From: Planctomicrobium piriforme | Lineage (GTDB): Bacteria; Planctomycetota; Planctomycetia; Pirellulales; UBA1268 | Assembly: GCA_945871035.1 (NCBI GenBank) | Contig: CAMBUD010000007.1 | Coordinates: 1,530-65,529, forward strand | DNA length: 64,000 nt | Reading direction: 5' to 3' | Part shown: piece after piece, positions 28,901 through 37,362 of the stretch | Position numbering within the stretch: the stretch's first letter is position 1 | Layout of the letters: each line of letters opens with the position of its first letter | Made by a program: the position numbers and the translations under genes | Notes under the pieces: generated by a model | The model's input: the letters and a program-made list of their open reading frames with translations, nothing else | The model's database searches: none | What the model was told of the DNA's origin: nothing

Positions 28901-29621
28901 CGTGCGTGACAAGTCGCTGACTGCGCGCGGTGCTTACGGATTTCTTCCGGCCCATTCCGATGGTGACGACATCGTGCTCTTTAGCGACGATACTCGCACG
29001 CATGAATTAGGAAGGGTTCATACTCTGCGACAACAGTGGGAGCGAAAAGGTCAGGAGGTCTTTCATGCCTTGGCTGATTTTGTGGCACCGCAGGAGAGCG
29101 GCCGAAAGGATTACCTTGGTGCTTTTGCCGTGACCACTGGCCATGGATCGGAGGAACTCTGTCGCCGATACGATAGCCAGCATGACGACTATTCATCCAT
29201 TCTCTCCAAAGCACTTGCAGATCGACTCGCTGAGGCATTTGCAGAGTGGCTTCATCGGAAGGTGCGCTGCCAGTGGGGATATGGTCGCGAGGAGCAACTT
29301 TCTCCAGAGGATCTGGTGGCAGAACGATACCGTGGCATTCGGCCAGCCCCTGGCTATCCTGCCTGTCCAGACCACACCGAGAAAGTGACGTTGTTTTCAT
29401 TACTGGACGCTGGAAACACTGCTGGCATGACGCTAACGGAAAGCTGCGCAATGCTGCCAGCTGCAAGCGTCAGTGGGCTCTACTTTTCCCATCCAGAGAG
29501 CCACTACTTCGCCGTCGACAGAATTACTCGGGAACAGGTTGAGGCCTATGCCATGCGAAAGAAGATGGCGGTATCCGAAGTCGAACGGTGGCTGGCTCCG
29601 AATCTTGGTTACGATCCATAA
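25923..29621 (+). CDS. metH: Cobalamin-dependent methionine synthase
   Basis: All four modules are present: Hcy-binding, pterin-binding, B12-binding ([11 protein letters not shown]) and the AdoMet activation domain. ATG 25923 is preferred over TTG 25917. Confidence 0.95.
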   Translation: MRTQPRSTRLESLSVLLANRIAVLDGAMGTMVHALELDEKGFRGERFRGHSKDLKNCIDILTLTQGQAIQGIHTAYLDAGADIVETNTFGATSLALADFGLSEHVRELNVTAARLAGEAADAATLKTPDRPRFVAGSIGPTNKQLSIAGNVSDPGHRDVTFDQMVATYREQVEALLEGDVDILLAETAFDTLVLKSCLYAIEEVFQEKGIRIPVMASFTVFEGGRTLSAQTVEACWTSIAHADLLSVGINCALGPEKLRTHLADLSRIATLPTSCYPNAGLPNALGGFDETPEMMGHVLGQFAADGLLNIVGGCCGSTPAHIRAIAQAVSHHAPRVPTALQTRSRYSGLELLEIRPESSFTIIGERTNVTGSRAFARLIKEDRFEEAVRVARQQVENGANIIDINVDEGMLDGPAVMTKFLTLISSEPDVSRVPIMVDSSRWSVLEAGLKCLQGKGIVNSISLKEGEKEFLRQARLVRRYGAAVVVMAFDEEGQATETDRKVSICQRAYKLLTEQVGFPPEDIIFDPNILTVATGIEEHNRYAINFIEATRRIKEAMPLVKVSGGVSNISFSFRGNDTVREAMHAAFLYHAIKAGMDMGIVNAGQLAIYEEIEPPFLERIEDVLFDRRADATDRLIEYAESVKKRDPADTAKQNTWRSLDVQSRLSHALVKGLADDVEADVEEARAHYSTSIEIIEGPLMKGMQIVGDLFGKGKMFLPQVVKSARVMKRAVAHLLPYMEAEKAASGQKQSSRGRILMATVKGDVHDIGKNIVGVVLGCNGYEVIDLGVMISSAKIVAAAREHSVDVVGLSGLITPSLDEMVHVAEEFEREQITVPIMIGGATTSARHTAVKIAPKYSGDIVHVLDASRAAGVVEKLINPTLRESFSLLNRADQQQQVDRFKLRQQTTLVSYEVAKKNHWKTDWVTTPIDTPEFLGIRTLENVPLTELIPLIDWSPFFMAWELRGKYPAILTDSVVGTEASSLFADATKMLDEIVRDKSLTARGAYGFLPAHSDGDDIVLFSDDTRTHELGRVHTLRQQWERKGQEVFHALADFVAPQESGRKDYLGAFAVTTGHGSEELCRRYDSQHDDYSSILSKALADRLAEAFAEWLHRKVRCQWGYGREEQLSPEDLVAERYRGIRPAPGYPACPDHTEKVTLFSLLDAGNTAGMTLTESCAMLPAASVSGLYFSHPESHYFAVDRITREQVEAYAMRKKMAVSEVERWLAPNLGYDP

Positions 29622-29646
29622 TAACGTTCTGGTTTATTATTATTTG

Positions 29647-29673
29647 CGTCTGTGCCAGCTCGTCTGTGCCAGC
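29647..29673 (+). repeat. 13-nt direct repeat CGTCTGTGCCAGC x2 (period 14) upstream of xerD
   Basis: Read directly: copies at 29647-29659 and 29661-29673, 20 nt before the xerD ATG. Confidence 0.9.
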
Positions 29674-29692
29674 GCGATAGTAGGATTTTCCG

Positions 29693-30661
29693 ATGTCAAG
29701 CGGTCCCTCCAAAAAAAGCCGTGCCCGCCGCATTCTGTTGGATACAGAACAGACTGGGACAAATGAACCACACTCCACGGCTCTCCATGTGCAGCGTTTC
29801 CTAGACTACATTCAGCACGAACGAGCCCTCTCTATTCATACACAAGCCGCTTACCGTCGTGATCTGCGGGATTTTAGCAAGTGGCTCTCAGGTCGAGATT
29901 CCACTCGCCTCACAGTACGCGAGCTGGGTGACTATTTTTCGGCACTCATGCAGCGCGGCTTGGCACGGGCTAGCGTAGCACGGCAGGCTGCAACAGTGCG
30001 CACCTTCTACGGCTTTCTGCAGCTGGAAGGAGTCATCGTAGAAAGCCCGGCCGAGCTGATATCAGCATCCCGTCGCGATAACTCGATTCCCGGCACGCTT
30101 TCCCCAGAACAGGTCGACCGCCTGCTGGCAGGCCCCGATCAAAACACCCCACTTGGGTGTCGCGATAAGGCCTTACTGGAGCTGCTTTATGCCACCGGCT
30201 GCCGTGCCTCAGAGATTTCATCATTAAGAATGACCGACATGCACTTGGCAGAAAGTTTTTGTACCTGCCGAGGAAAGGGTGACAAAGAACGCATCGTACC
30301 GCTGGGGCGACGAGCCATTGAAGCCCTGCGCACTTGGGTCGATGCCACTCGTGCAACATTTGCCGCTCACACAAGCCAGGCATCAGCCTACGTACTTCTT
30401 TCCTCACGGGGCAATCGGCTCTCGCGCATGCGCATCTGGGAAATTGTGCGACTGCACGCAATGAAAGCAGGGTTGCCCAGCGATATCTCTCCCCACACCC
30501 TGCGGCATAGTTTTGCCACACATCTTGTAGCTGGTGGTGTTGATCTTCGTCACGTGCAAGAAATGCTCGGCCACGCCAGTATTGCCACGACACAGCGCTA
30601 CACGCACGTCGATGCCAGCCGCCTCAAGAGCGTCCACGAGAAGTTTCATCCTCGACGCTAA
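29693..30661 (+). CDS. xerD: Tyrosine recombinase XerD/XerC family
   Basis: ATGCRASEISSL, HTLRHSFATHL and LGHASIATTQRYTHV (catalytic Tyr context). Confidence 0.8.
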   Translation: MSSGPSKKSRARRILLDTEQTGTNEPHSTALHVQRFLDYIQHERALSIHTQAAYRRDLRDFSKWLSGRDSTRLTVRELGDYFSALMQRGLARASVARQAATVRTFYGFLQLEGVIVESPAELISASRRDNSIPGTLSPEQVDRLLAGPDQNTPLGCRDKALLELLYATGCRASEISSLRMTDMHLAESFCTCRGKGDKERIVPLGRRAIEALRTWVDATRATFAAHTSQASAYVLLSSRGNRLSRMRIWEIVRLHAMKAGLPSDISPHTLRHSFATHLVAGGVDLRHVQEMLGHASIATTQRYTHVDASRLKSVHEKFHPRR

Positions 30662-30718
30662 GGCTGTGCTTCAGAATAATCTTTCCCTGCAAGGAACTTG
30701 CATTCCGAAAAGAAAGCC

Positions 30719-31204
30719 TCAACTACCAGGTTTTTTTGGAGGTGTGAACTTAATCTTTTTGATCATCTCTATAATCTGACCATTCTGCACGGTTCCGGAA
30801 ACCGCCGAAATCGCTTTAACTACATTTGAGTATTTAAGCGCATAGTCACAATCCAACTCCAGCTCTGTTTTTTCTGCCAGTGAGTTTGGGCCCGCATCCG
30901 TGCCAACAATGGCAACAACTTTTTTTCGTAGTTCATCAAAATCGCTTACAGTTGTTCCATTCATCACAATGGCTGCGAGCGCACCGTCCGGACCGGCTGA
31001 TAATTTGACTCGCACCGGCGGCACCTGCTGATCGTCGGGAGCTGCCGCAGCAGCAGCCAGCGGCATGCGGATGTCAAAGTCTCCCTCTGGAGTCACGATC
31101 TTAAGGGTGCACATGAAGAATGACATCAGCTGAAAAACAACGTCGATCATCGGCGTCATATTGATTTCTATTTTATCGGAAAGCTTTGATTCGCGTTTAG
31201 CCAT
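30719..31204 (-). CDS. exbD: ExbD/TolR-family biopolymer transport protein (copy 2)
   Basis: INMTPMIDVVFQLMSFFM is the family N-terminal TM motif. ATG 31204 was chosen; the track ORF extends to 31312. Confidence 0.8.
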   Translation of the reverse strand: MAKRESKLSDKIEINMTPMIDVVFQLMSFFMCTLKIVTPEGDFDIRMPLAAAAAAPDDQQVPPVRVKLSAGPDGALAAIVMNGTTVSDFDELRKKVVAIVGTDAGPNSLAEKTELELDCDYALKYSNVVKAISAVSGTVQNGQIIEMIKKIKFTPPKKPGS

Positions 31205-31208
31205 AGCT

Positions 31209-31664
31209 TCACCGTCCCTCGTCATACTGAGCACGCAGGGCGAAACGTTCAAACCCTTTTTCTTGACAGATGCGAACGATGTCCTGTACCTCGCCCGTTT
31301 TCGATCGACCATCCGCTCGAATGATTACCGTTGCCGCATTCGGTTCTTTGCCGGCATCCAGAATGACCGTTTTTTCTCGATCCAGATAACTACCTATGTC
31401 GCTCAGCGCCACCAATTCACCAGCATAAATCACCGATCCAGAGTTCGTGAGTTGCAAGGTGATTGGTGTATCTGTCGGACCTTCAACCGGTTTCGCTAAT
31501 TGGCTCATCGGGAGTTGGATACGATCGTCTTGTTCAGCTTCTGAGAAATTCATGACAAACATGAAAAACGTGATCAACTGAAACGTCATGTCGATCATCG
31601 GAGTCATATCGATTTCAGTCGTTGACGGTTCGCCTTTTCTTTTTCCGGCCACGGAATACTCCAC
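31209..31664 (-). CDS. exbD: ExbD/TolR-family biopolymer transport protein (copy 1)
   Basis: IDMTPMIDMTFQLITFFMF and the periplasmic domain VIIRADGRSKTGEVQDIVRICQEKG. Confidence 0.85.
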   Translation of the reverse strand: MEYSVAGKRKGEPSTTEIDMTPMIDMTFQLITFFMFVMNFSEAEQDDRIQLPMSQLAKPVEGPTDTPITLQLTNSGSVIYAGELVALSDIGSYLDREKTVILDAGKEPNAATVIIRADGRSKTGEVQDIVRICQEKGFERFALRAQYDEGR

Positions 31665-31723
31665 GAGGATCAGGCACGTGCACTTAGCAAATCACTGGAT
31701 GACAACTACGAATGACTACTAAT

Positions 31724-32710
31724 TTATTTTTTGCCCATATTCTGAAAACGGGACATGAGTCGCAGGCTTTCCTGTTCAATGTCACCATTTAAAGATTGCA
31801 GCCAGTTCTTAAAAAGAGCAAAGCAGGCAATGGCTGGAATCGCTAGCCACAGCCCGATGAGCGTTGTGATAAGAGCTTGAGAAATACCGATTGCGAGCTC
31901 GGAAGGTTTTGGAGCCGTCGACGATTTCGCGATAATCATAAATGCTCCAACCATTCCGTCTACGGTTCCAAGCAGCCCAAACATCGGCGCTAAGGCACCG
32001 ACCAGCGAGACGTAGCTAATCTTATGCTCGAGTTTCATCGCTTCTTCGCCCTGAACCTCTTGCATCGCCTCAACAGACTGACTGTATCCCGCCTGCAGTT
32101 TTCCCATGCCCGCTGCCAGCACATGCCCTAGGTAGGAGTCATCACTTTTCGCCAATTCATACGCCGGTTGGTATTCCTTGTTCTCAAGATGCGCCTCAAA
32201 TGCCTCGCTGAGGGCAGGGGGCATCAAAACCTTTTTGCGGATCTGTAAGAAACACGTCACAAGCAATGCCACCAGGAAGAATGACAGTGCAAGAAAAATG
32301 ATTACATACTTGATCCCGAGCGCGTTGTAATAAAAGACGAGCATGCTGTCGCTTTCTGGTTCATCGGCGGATGCCGGATCTTCGTCAGCCGCTAGGGCAG
32401 AATCCGACCAAACCGCTGCAGTAAACACCACGGCTGGCGCGAGAGCGACCGCGGAAAAAAGTGCGGGGAAAGGCAGGGGACTCGTTGGCATGCTGATCGA
32501 TGCCCCCGAGAAGCTCAGGGTGGCGAACATCACCATCACTTTTGAGAATGAATATTTCCCTAGCCAACACAACGGGACAGATGCCCACGTTGACAAAGCG
32601 GCTTTCGATCGCATACCACTCCCGCCAGATTGATTCGTGCCCAACTGCATGCTTTTCTCCTCAAGAACAAGAAAAAGATCTTCAATTTTTAAAATGGTAC
32701 TGCCGCTCAT
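31724..32710 (-). CDS. exbB: MotA/TolQ/ExbB proton-channel protein with long N-terminal extension
   Basis: C-terminal MotA_ExbB core (LVGALAPMFGLLGTVDGMVGAF, ISQALITTLIGLWLAIPA). The N-terminal extension includes an acidic stretch ADEDPASADEPESDS. The start is uncertain. Confidence 0.85.
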   Translation of the reverse strand: MSGSTILKIEDLFLVLEEKSMQLGTNQSGGSGMRSKAALSTWASVPLCWLGKYSFSKVMVMFATLSFSGASISMPTSPLPFPALFSAVALAPAVVFTAAVWSDSALAADEDPASADEPESDSMLVFYYNALGIKYVIIFLALSFFLVALLVTCFLQIRKKVLMPPALSEAFEAHLENKEYQPAYELAKSDDSYLGHVLAAGMGKLQAGYSQSVEAMQEVQGEEAMKLEHKISYVSLVGALAPMFGLLGTVDGMVGAFMIIAKSSTAPKPSELAIGISQALITTLIGLWLAIPAIACFALFKNWLQSLNGDIEQESLRLMSRFQNMGKK

Positions 32711-32742
32711 CGATATTTTACAAATGTAACCGGCGGCGATGG

Positions 32743-33906
32743 CTACGACTTAGCTGCTACAACTTTCTTAGCCCACGAACTGTTGGGATATGTTGACTCA
32801 AGATTTTGTTTTGCTTCCCTTGCACGCTCAGGATTTTTTCCGCGCTCCCACAGCTCACAGAGATAAAATAGTGCTTCGGCATGGCTCTCCGGCAAGGAGT
32901 TGTACACCAGATCGACCGTTAGAAACGAAATTAAGGCGTCTTGGTCTTTTCCACCCGTCGAGCGATAGGCTTCACCCAGCACATTGTAGGCTTTTCCAAG
33001 TAATTCTTTTTCTTCTGGGTTCGATTGCTTGATGATCTTTTGCACCATGTTTATAGCATCCGCCTGCTTGCCCTGCTGCGTCAAGCATTTTGCCATCCCT
33101 AACTCGGCACCTCGTTTTTGAGCAAGGCTGATCTCGTCGCCTGCATCAATTTTTATGGCACTTTGAAACTCCTTATAGGCCTCATCATATTTCTTTTGAT
33201 TGAAGAGCATGGTGGCTCTCGCAGCGGCAGCTCGTACCTTCCATGATGCAGGCCCCTTGGCAAGCTTTGCGTATGCGTCCTGGGCTAATTCCCACTTGCC
33301 GGCGCTGCCTAATAAATCACCCAACAGTTCCTGCATTTGGTAAAAATGAAAGCTCTCGGAGTGCTTTTTAAGAAATTCATTAACTTGTTTTCCTGCATCA
33401 ACTGGACTAGCACCGGAGTCGATTGCCGCCCGCCCAGCCGCCGCCGCTTTCACGAACTCAACTTCCGCGACAATGAGGGGTTCAGCTCCTTCTAATTCGC
33501 TTGGTTCGATTTTAGCAAGCTCTTTTAACGCATCAGCGGGCCGCCTGCGAGCGAGCATGGAGCGAGCCGTTTTGAGCGACGCTGGCTCCCCAGCAAACTG
33601 AATCTCACGAATCTTTTCAACCGGCACGTTTTTTGATGTCCCCGCTTTATCTTCGACATCAACGCCGCCTGGAGTGACCGCAATGACCTTGCCGGAAACC
33701 GTTCCCTCCGGCCCATCCGTACTGATAACTCGATCGGGTATCTGGGCATTCACTGATAAACATGCGAGCCCAACGATCGAGCTAAACAATGGTCTACAAA
33801 GCAGTTTTAAGAACACATGCACACTCGATTGAATCCGTTCCAACATTTTTTCCCTTTCACATTTTTTTAAATCTGCTGAATCAATCGGCTTGTGCTGCCC
33901 AAGCAT
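32743..33906 (-). CDS. Secreted TPR protein, YbgF/CpoB-like C-terminus
   Basis: Signal peptide LFSSIVGLACLSVNAQ, TPR units (YDEAYKEFQSAIKID, AYNVLGEAYRSTG) and a C-terminal ...NLESTYPNSSWAKK. The start is uncertain (33906 or 33846). Confidence 0.65.
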   Translation of the reverse strand: MLGQHKPIDSADLKKCEREKMLERIQSSVHVFLKLLCRPLFSSIVGLACLSVNAQIPDRVISTDGPEGTVSGKVIAVTPGGVDVEDKAGTSKNVPVEKIREIQFAGEPASLKTARSMLARRRPADALKELAKIEPSELEGAEPLIVAEVEFVKAAAAGRAAIDSGASPVDAGKQVNEFLKKHSESFHFYQMQELLGDLLGSAGKWELAQDAYAKLAKGPASWKVRAAAARATMLFNQKKYDEAYKEFQSAIKIDAGDEISLAQKRGAELGMAKCLTQQGKQADAINMVQKIIKQSNPEEKELLGKAYNVLGEAYRSTGGKDQDALISFLTVDLVYNSLPESHAEALFYLCELWERGKNPERAREAKQNLESTYPNSSWAKKVVAAKS

Positions 33907-33918
33907 ACAGACAGCCCA

Positions 33919-36900
33919 TTAGGTCCCCTTGGCGGCTGTGCTTGCACCTGCCGCGGCAGCGTCAGCAGCATACTTGGCAGCTTTATCGAGGCCAGTGAGT
34001 CCCGTTGGGGCGACGCCTTGCGCTTTCTGAATCTTTTCCATGAGTGCATTGAACTGCTTACGAAAATCATCGCCGCCCAGTTCGGGATACAGTTTGTAGG
34101 TGATCACGATATCGTTGAACGCACTTTCGAGGATCTTTTTGCTGTTTTCACTATTCGCACCTGCTAATTCTGCCCGCACTAAACGACACTTTGTAATATT
34201 CAAACGGGCCGTAAAAAACTGATTGCGTAACTTAAGAACTTTTTCATCATTGCCGGAGAATGCTTGCCGAGAGAGCTTATTGGCGATGCCGCCCCAGCCC
34301 CACGTAACGCTTTTGCCATTTTTGCGGCCGGCTATCGCCTGCTTGAGATAATCGTCGGCTTTTGCCTTGTCGACTGTTTTTTCGCCCATAACCTGCAGAA
34401 GTTCTGCCGCCATGGTTTGCACCTCAAGTGAATTCTGTCGCTTTAGATCTTCGAGAATCCAGTCAATATGCTTCTGGGACTCGTCCCATTTTTCTCTTTC
34501 GCGATACAGGTTGGACATTTTGAGCCTGATCGAAGGCTCAAACTTGGTGATCTCATCGCCACCTTTTTTTAGCAACTCCTCATACACCGCCGCTGCCTTA
34601 GCGAGGTAACCTGCGGCCTTATCTTTGGAAGCAATCGCACCGGTGCCTTTTCCAGATCCCAGCGTGAGGTACGTCGTGGCTACCCATATTTGTGAAGAAA
34701 CTTTGGGGTCTCGCTTGGCTACTCCATCTAAAAACTTTTCAAAGCCTCCTAAAATAGCAGCAGCTTTAGCCTTAGACTCCGGACTGCCGGCCCCGTCCCC
34801 GGCTCCAAGATTCTCAAGTTGTGCCTGTAAATCCCGACCCATCAAGAGGTACATGCCGGTGAGTTTCGCCGATGCCTCTTCGCCTTCGCCAGCAACCGAT
34901 TCCAGCTTATCCATGGCCTGCTGGGCTTTGACAAGTTGCTCTGACTGAATGAAGTATCGCAGAGCAACGCTCAGAGTACTTTCCAGTAATGGCCCCCCAA
35001 GAATGGCCACGTCTTTTCCCGTTGCAAAAGTCCACGGTCCATACTTCGGGTGTTCGAGAGTTTTAGCCACAAATTCATCGTCACCCGACTCCATTGCCAT
35101 CTGGCACCGCGCCAGCGCCGCCGAAATACTGACCGGCGAGGCAGCGGCATCCTCTGGCAACAATCTCAGGCCCTCATCAATCGCTTTAGCTGCTTCTAGC
35201 CGCCACTCGGCAAGCTCTTTATCGGTTGGCCGCAATTCTTGTTCGAGTCGACGTTTTTCTAAGACTTTACGCCACATGGCCCCACCCGCTCGCAAAAGCA
35301 CTTCTGAGCGGCGGGGGGATTGTGCAGGAAGTTTTTTAATAATGGACAAGACGCTATCGACTCCCTGTGACTCGGTTTCCGATGCGATCGCAATCAAAGC
35401 AGCGTCCGCACTTTCGGAATCATCGGGCCACGTTCCCATTATTCGTTCAGCTAATTGCATACACTGCGTCTTGGCATCGACTCGCCATGCCGCAACTTCC
35501 TGCTTCTGAAGCTGCTGCCAACTGGCCATCGCAATCTTTGCCGCCTGACGACTACCCTTTGAATTTGGGTAACGCTCGGCCAAAAAAGTACCAAGCGCTG
35601 CGGCAGCATGCAGTTGCTTGGAGTCGTACATCAAGAATGTCAGCAGGTATCTTGCCTGATTAAGACCATCCAAATCGGCATCCTCCGCTAATGGCATGGC
35701 TTTGCGAATGGCCTCAACGATCTTGATGCGTCCGGCTGTTATTTCTTTTGCTGCCGCCTCTACTTCGTCGGTCTTACCAGCCAACTCAGCCTGCTTTGCT
35801 TCGGCTTGCTTCGACTGCATCGTGGTCAGCAACAGCCGAGCCGCGTCCATAGCTTCCTTAAAAGAAGCTACTGAACCGTCCTGATCTTCTGGCAGTTTAT
35901 TTTCTAAGTGCGCCAAAAGATCCCGTGCCTCCTTACTGAAATCCCTATTGGCTTTAGCAACCTCAAGAGCCAACTTTTTGGCATCTTTCTGAATCGCTAT
36001 GCGCTTCGGTTTTTCCCCGTCCGCAAGCTCACTAGCACGCCGCTCCAACAGAACCGCAGCTCGATATTTCATTCCCAGCCAGTCGGCATCGAGCTTCGCT
36101 GGCGGCACGGACGTCAGTGCTATTTTCTGGAGGCGCTCGTCGAATTCTTCATACTTTTTTTCTTCCAACCAACATTCTAGGGAAGAGTTTATCGCCTTGG
36201 TCCGTAAACTCGGAACGATACCTGCTTCGCCTTCAAGCAATCGAAGGTTGGAAAGGGCTGCAAGGGCTTTGACTCGGTCGCCTAAGACAACATAGTTGCG
36301 TCCTTCGTAATATCGCGCAAAAAGCCCAACCCCACGCGATGAATACTTTTGGAAAAGATCCCCGTATTTTTTCGTTGAATCCTCGATCGCTTGCTTCCAC
36401 TCCTTTGAATCTTTTTCCAGTGCTTTTGATTTTTCAAATAAAACACCTGCGATCAAGAGGCGTGCCTGCAGCAACTGGCCGCGCAGCGAATCCTGCTTTT
36501 CTTCAAGCAGGTCCATAGCCGCTACATCCGCTGAGGATAGGGCGGGGGTTTTCTTCGCATCTGGCTTGGCCTTAGCCCCCTTCGGTCTTGCAGGTTCTGC
36601 CGCTTCCGAAGCTTCTTTTGCTTTTCGTTCTTTTTCTTTCATCTCCGCCAGATCGGCATCGACTTTCTTCAGCGATTCCGAAGCAGCTCCTTCAGCACCT
36701 TCGAGGCTTTTAATGGCATTGTCAAAAAACTGCAGCGATTCAGCCTGAAGTGCCTTGACGTCTTGGTCTGGCCGCTTGGCTTGCTCGATCTTGCTACGAC
36801 CGCGCTCAACAAGGAGGTTGCCCTTCTGCGTATACGCGGCAATCGCTTGCGCACCACCGGGCTTATCATCCAGAAAACGATCTATTTCCTTTTCTGCCTG

Positions 36901-37233
36901 ATCTAGAATAGCGGCTCGCTTCTTGCTATCGGATTCAGTGCGAGTTGTCCCCACCAATGCGATGGCACGGCGGTAGGGAACATCCTTTTTGATGTCACTT
37001 GATGCATCAGCGGTTGCTTCGATCCGATTCAGCACCCAAAGGGCAACATCGGGCATCTGCCGCTCCTCGAGTGCGTCTAGCAACCGACGAGTACTCACGT
37101 CCATTGTTGAAGTTGCATTCTCTTGGGCCGCGGGTGACGACGGCGCACCGGTGGCAATGCCAGCTAGAAGCGACATCGCAATCAGCCAAGTGCGATTGAA
37201 CGTATTGCCAAGATTTATTCGATGCAATGTCAT
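33919..37233 (-). CDS. Large (about 1104 aa) secreted helical-repeat (TPR-like) protein
   Basis: Signal peptide MTLHRINLGNTFNRTWLIAMSLLAGIATGAP. The rest is Ala/Leu/Lys/Glu-rich helical repeats, with a Lys/Glu coiled-coil-like segment (EMKEKERKAKEASEAAEPARPKGAKAKPDAKK). Confidence 0.65.
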   Translation of the reverse strand: MTLHRINLGNTFNRTWLIAMSLLAGIATGAPSSPAAQENATSTMDVSTRRLLDALEERQMPDVALWVLNRIEATADASSDIKKDVPYRRAIALVGTTRTESDSKKRAAILDQAEKEIDRFLDDKPGGAQAIAAYTQKGNLLVERGRSKIEQAKRPDQDVKALQAESLQFFDNAIKSLEGAEGAASESLKKVDADLAEMKEKERKAKEASEAAEPARPKGAKAKPDAKKTPALSSADVAAMDLLEEKQDSLRGQLLQARLLIAGVLFEKSKALEKDSKEWKQAIEDSTKKYGDLFQKYSSRGVGLFARYYEGRNYVVLGDRVKALAALSNLRLLEGEAGIVPSLRTKAINSSLECWLEEKKYEEFDERLQKIALTSVPPAKLDADWLGMKYRAAVLLERRASELADGEKPKRIAIQKDAKKLALEVAKANRDFSKEARDLLAHLENKLPEDQDGSVASFKEAMDAARLLLTTMQSKQAEAKQAELAGKTDEVEAAAKEITAGRIKIVEAIRKAMPLAEDADLDGLNQARYLLTFLMYDSKQLHAAAALGTFLAERYPNSKGSRQAAKIAMASWQQLQKQEVAAWRVDAKTQCMQLAERIMGTWPDDSESADAALIAIASETESQGVDSVLSIIKKLPAQSPRRSEVLLRAGGAMWRKVLEKRRLEQELRPTDKELAEWRLEAAKAIDEGLRLLPEDAAASPVSISAALARCQMAMESGDDEFVAKTLEHPKYGPWTFATGKDVAILGGPLLESTLSVALRYFIQSEQLVKAQQAMDKLESVAGEGEEASAKLTGMYLLMGRDLQAQLENLGAGDGAGSPESKAKAAAILGGFEKFLDGVAKRDPKVSSQIWVATTYLTLGSGKGTGAIASKDKAAGYLAKAAAVYEELLKKGGDEITKFEPSIRLKMSNLYREREKWDESQKHIDWILEDLKRQNSLEVQTMAAELLQVMGEKTVDKAKADDYLKQAIAGRKNGKSVTWGWGGIANKLSRQAFSGNDEKVLKLRNQFFTARLNITKCRLVRAELAGANSENSKKILESAFNDIVITYKLYPELGGDDFRKQFNALMEKIQKAQGVAPTGLTGLDKAAKYAADAAAAGASTAAKGT

Positions 37234-37362
37234 TGCTGCGAGATACAAAAGGATGAGGCGTAAAAGTTTCTATTGTGGTTTCTCCACAGCAGTCCGTCAA
37301 ATGCTTGCCCTCTATACCCAAGCTAAGGAGTCATTGCTGGCCTAAATCGATCGGCAGTCGAT

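Noticed and set aside
29693-30661. The tyrosine recombinase as a marker of an integrated mobile element.
   Set aside because: It has full XerC/XerD-type motifs and sits between metH and the exb cluster. There is no flanking tRNA, direct repeat, phage or transposase gene, so it is most simply the chromosomal dimer-resolution recombinase.
30688-30702. Hairpin TGCAAG-GAA-CTTGCA between convergent xerD and exbD, as a possible bidirectional terminator.
   Set aside because: The stem is only 6 bp, it is not GC-rich and it lacks a flanking U-tract. That is insufficient to call a terminator.
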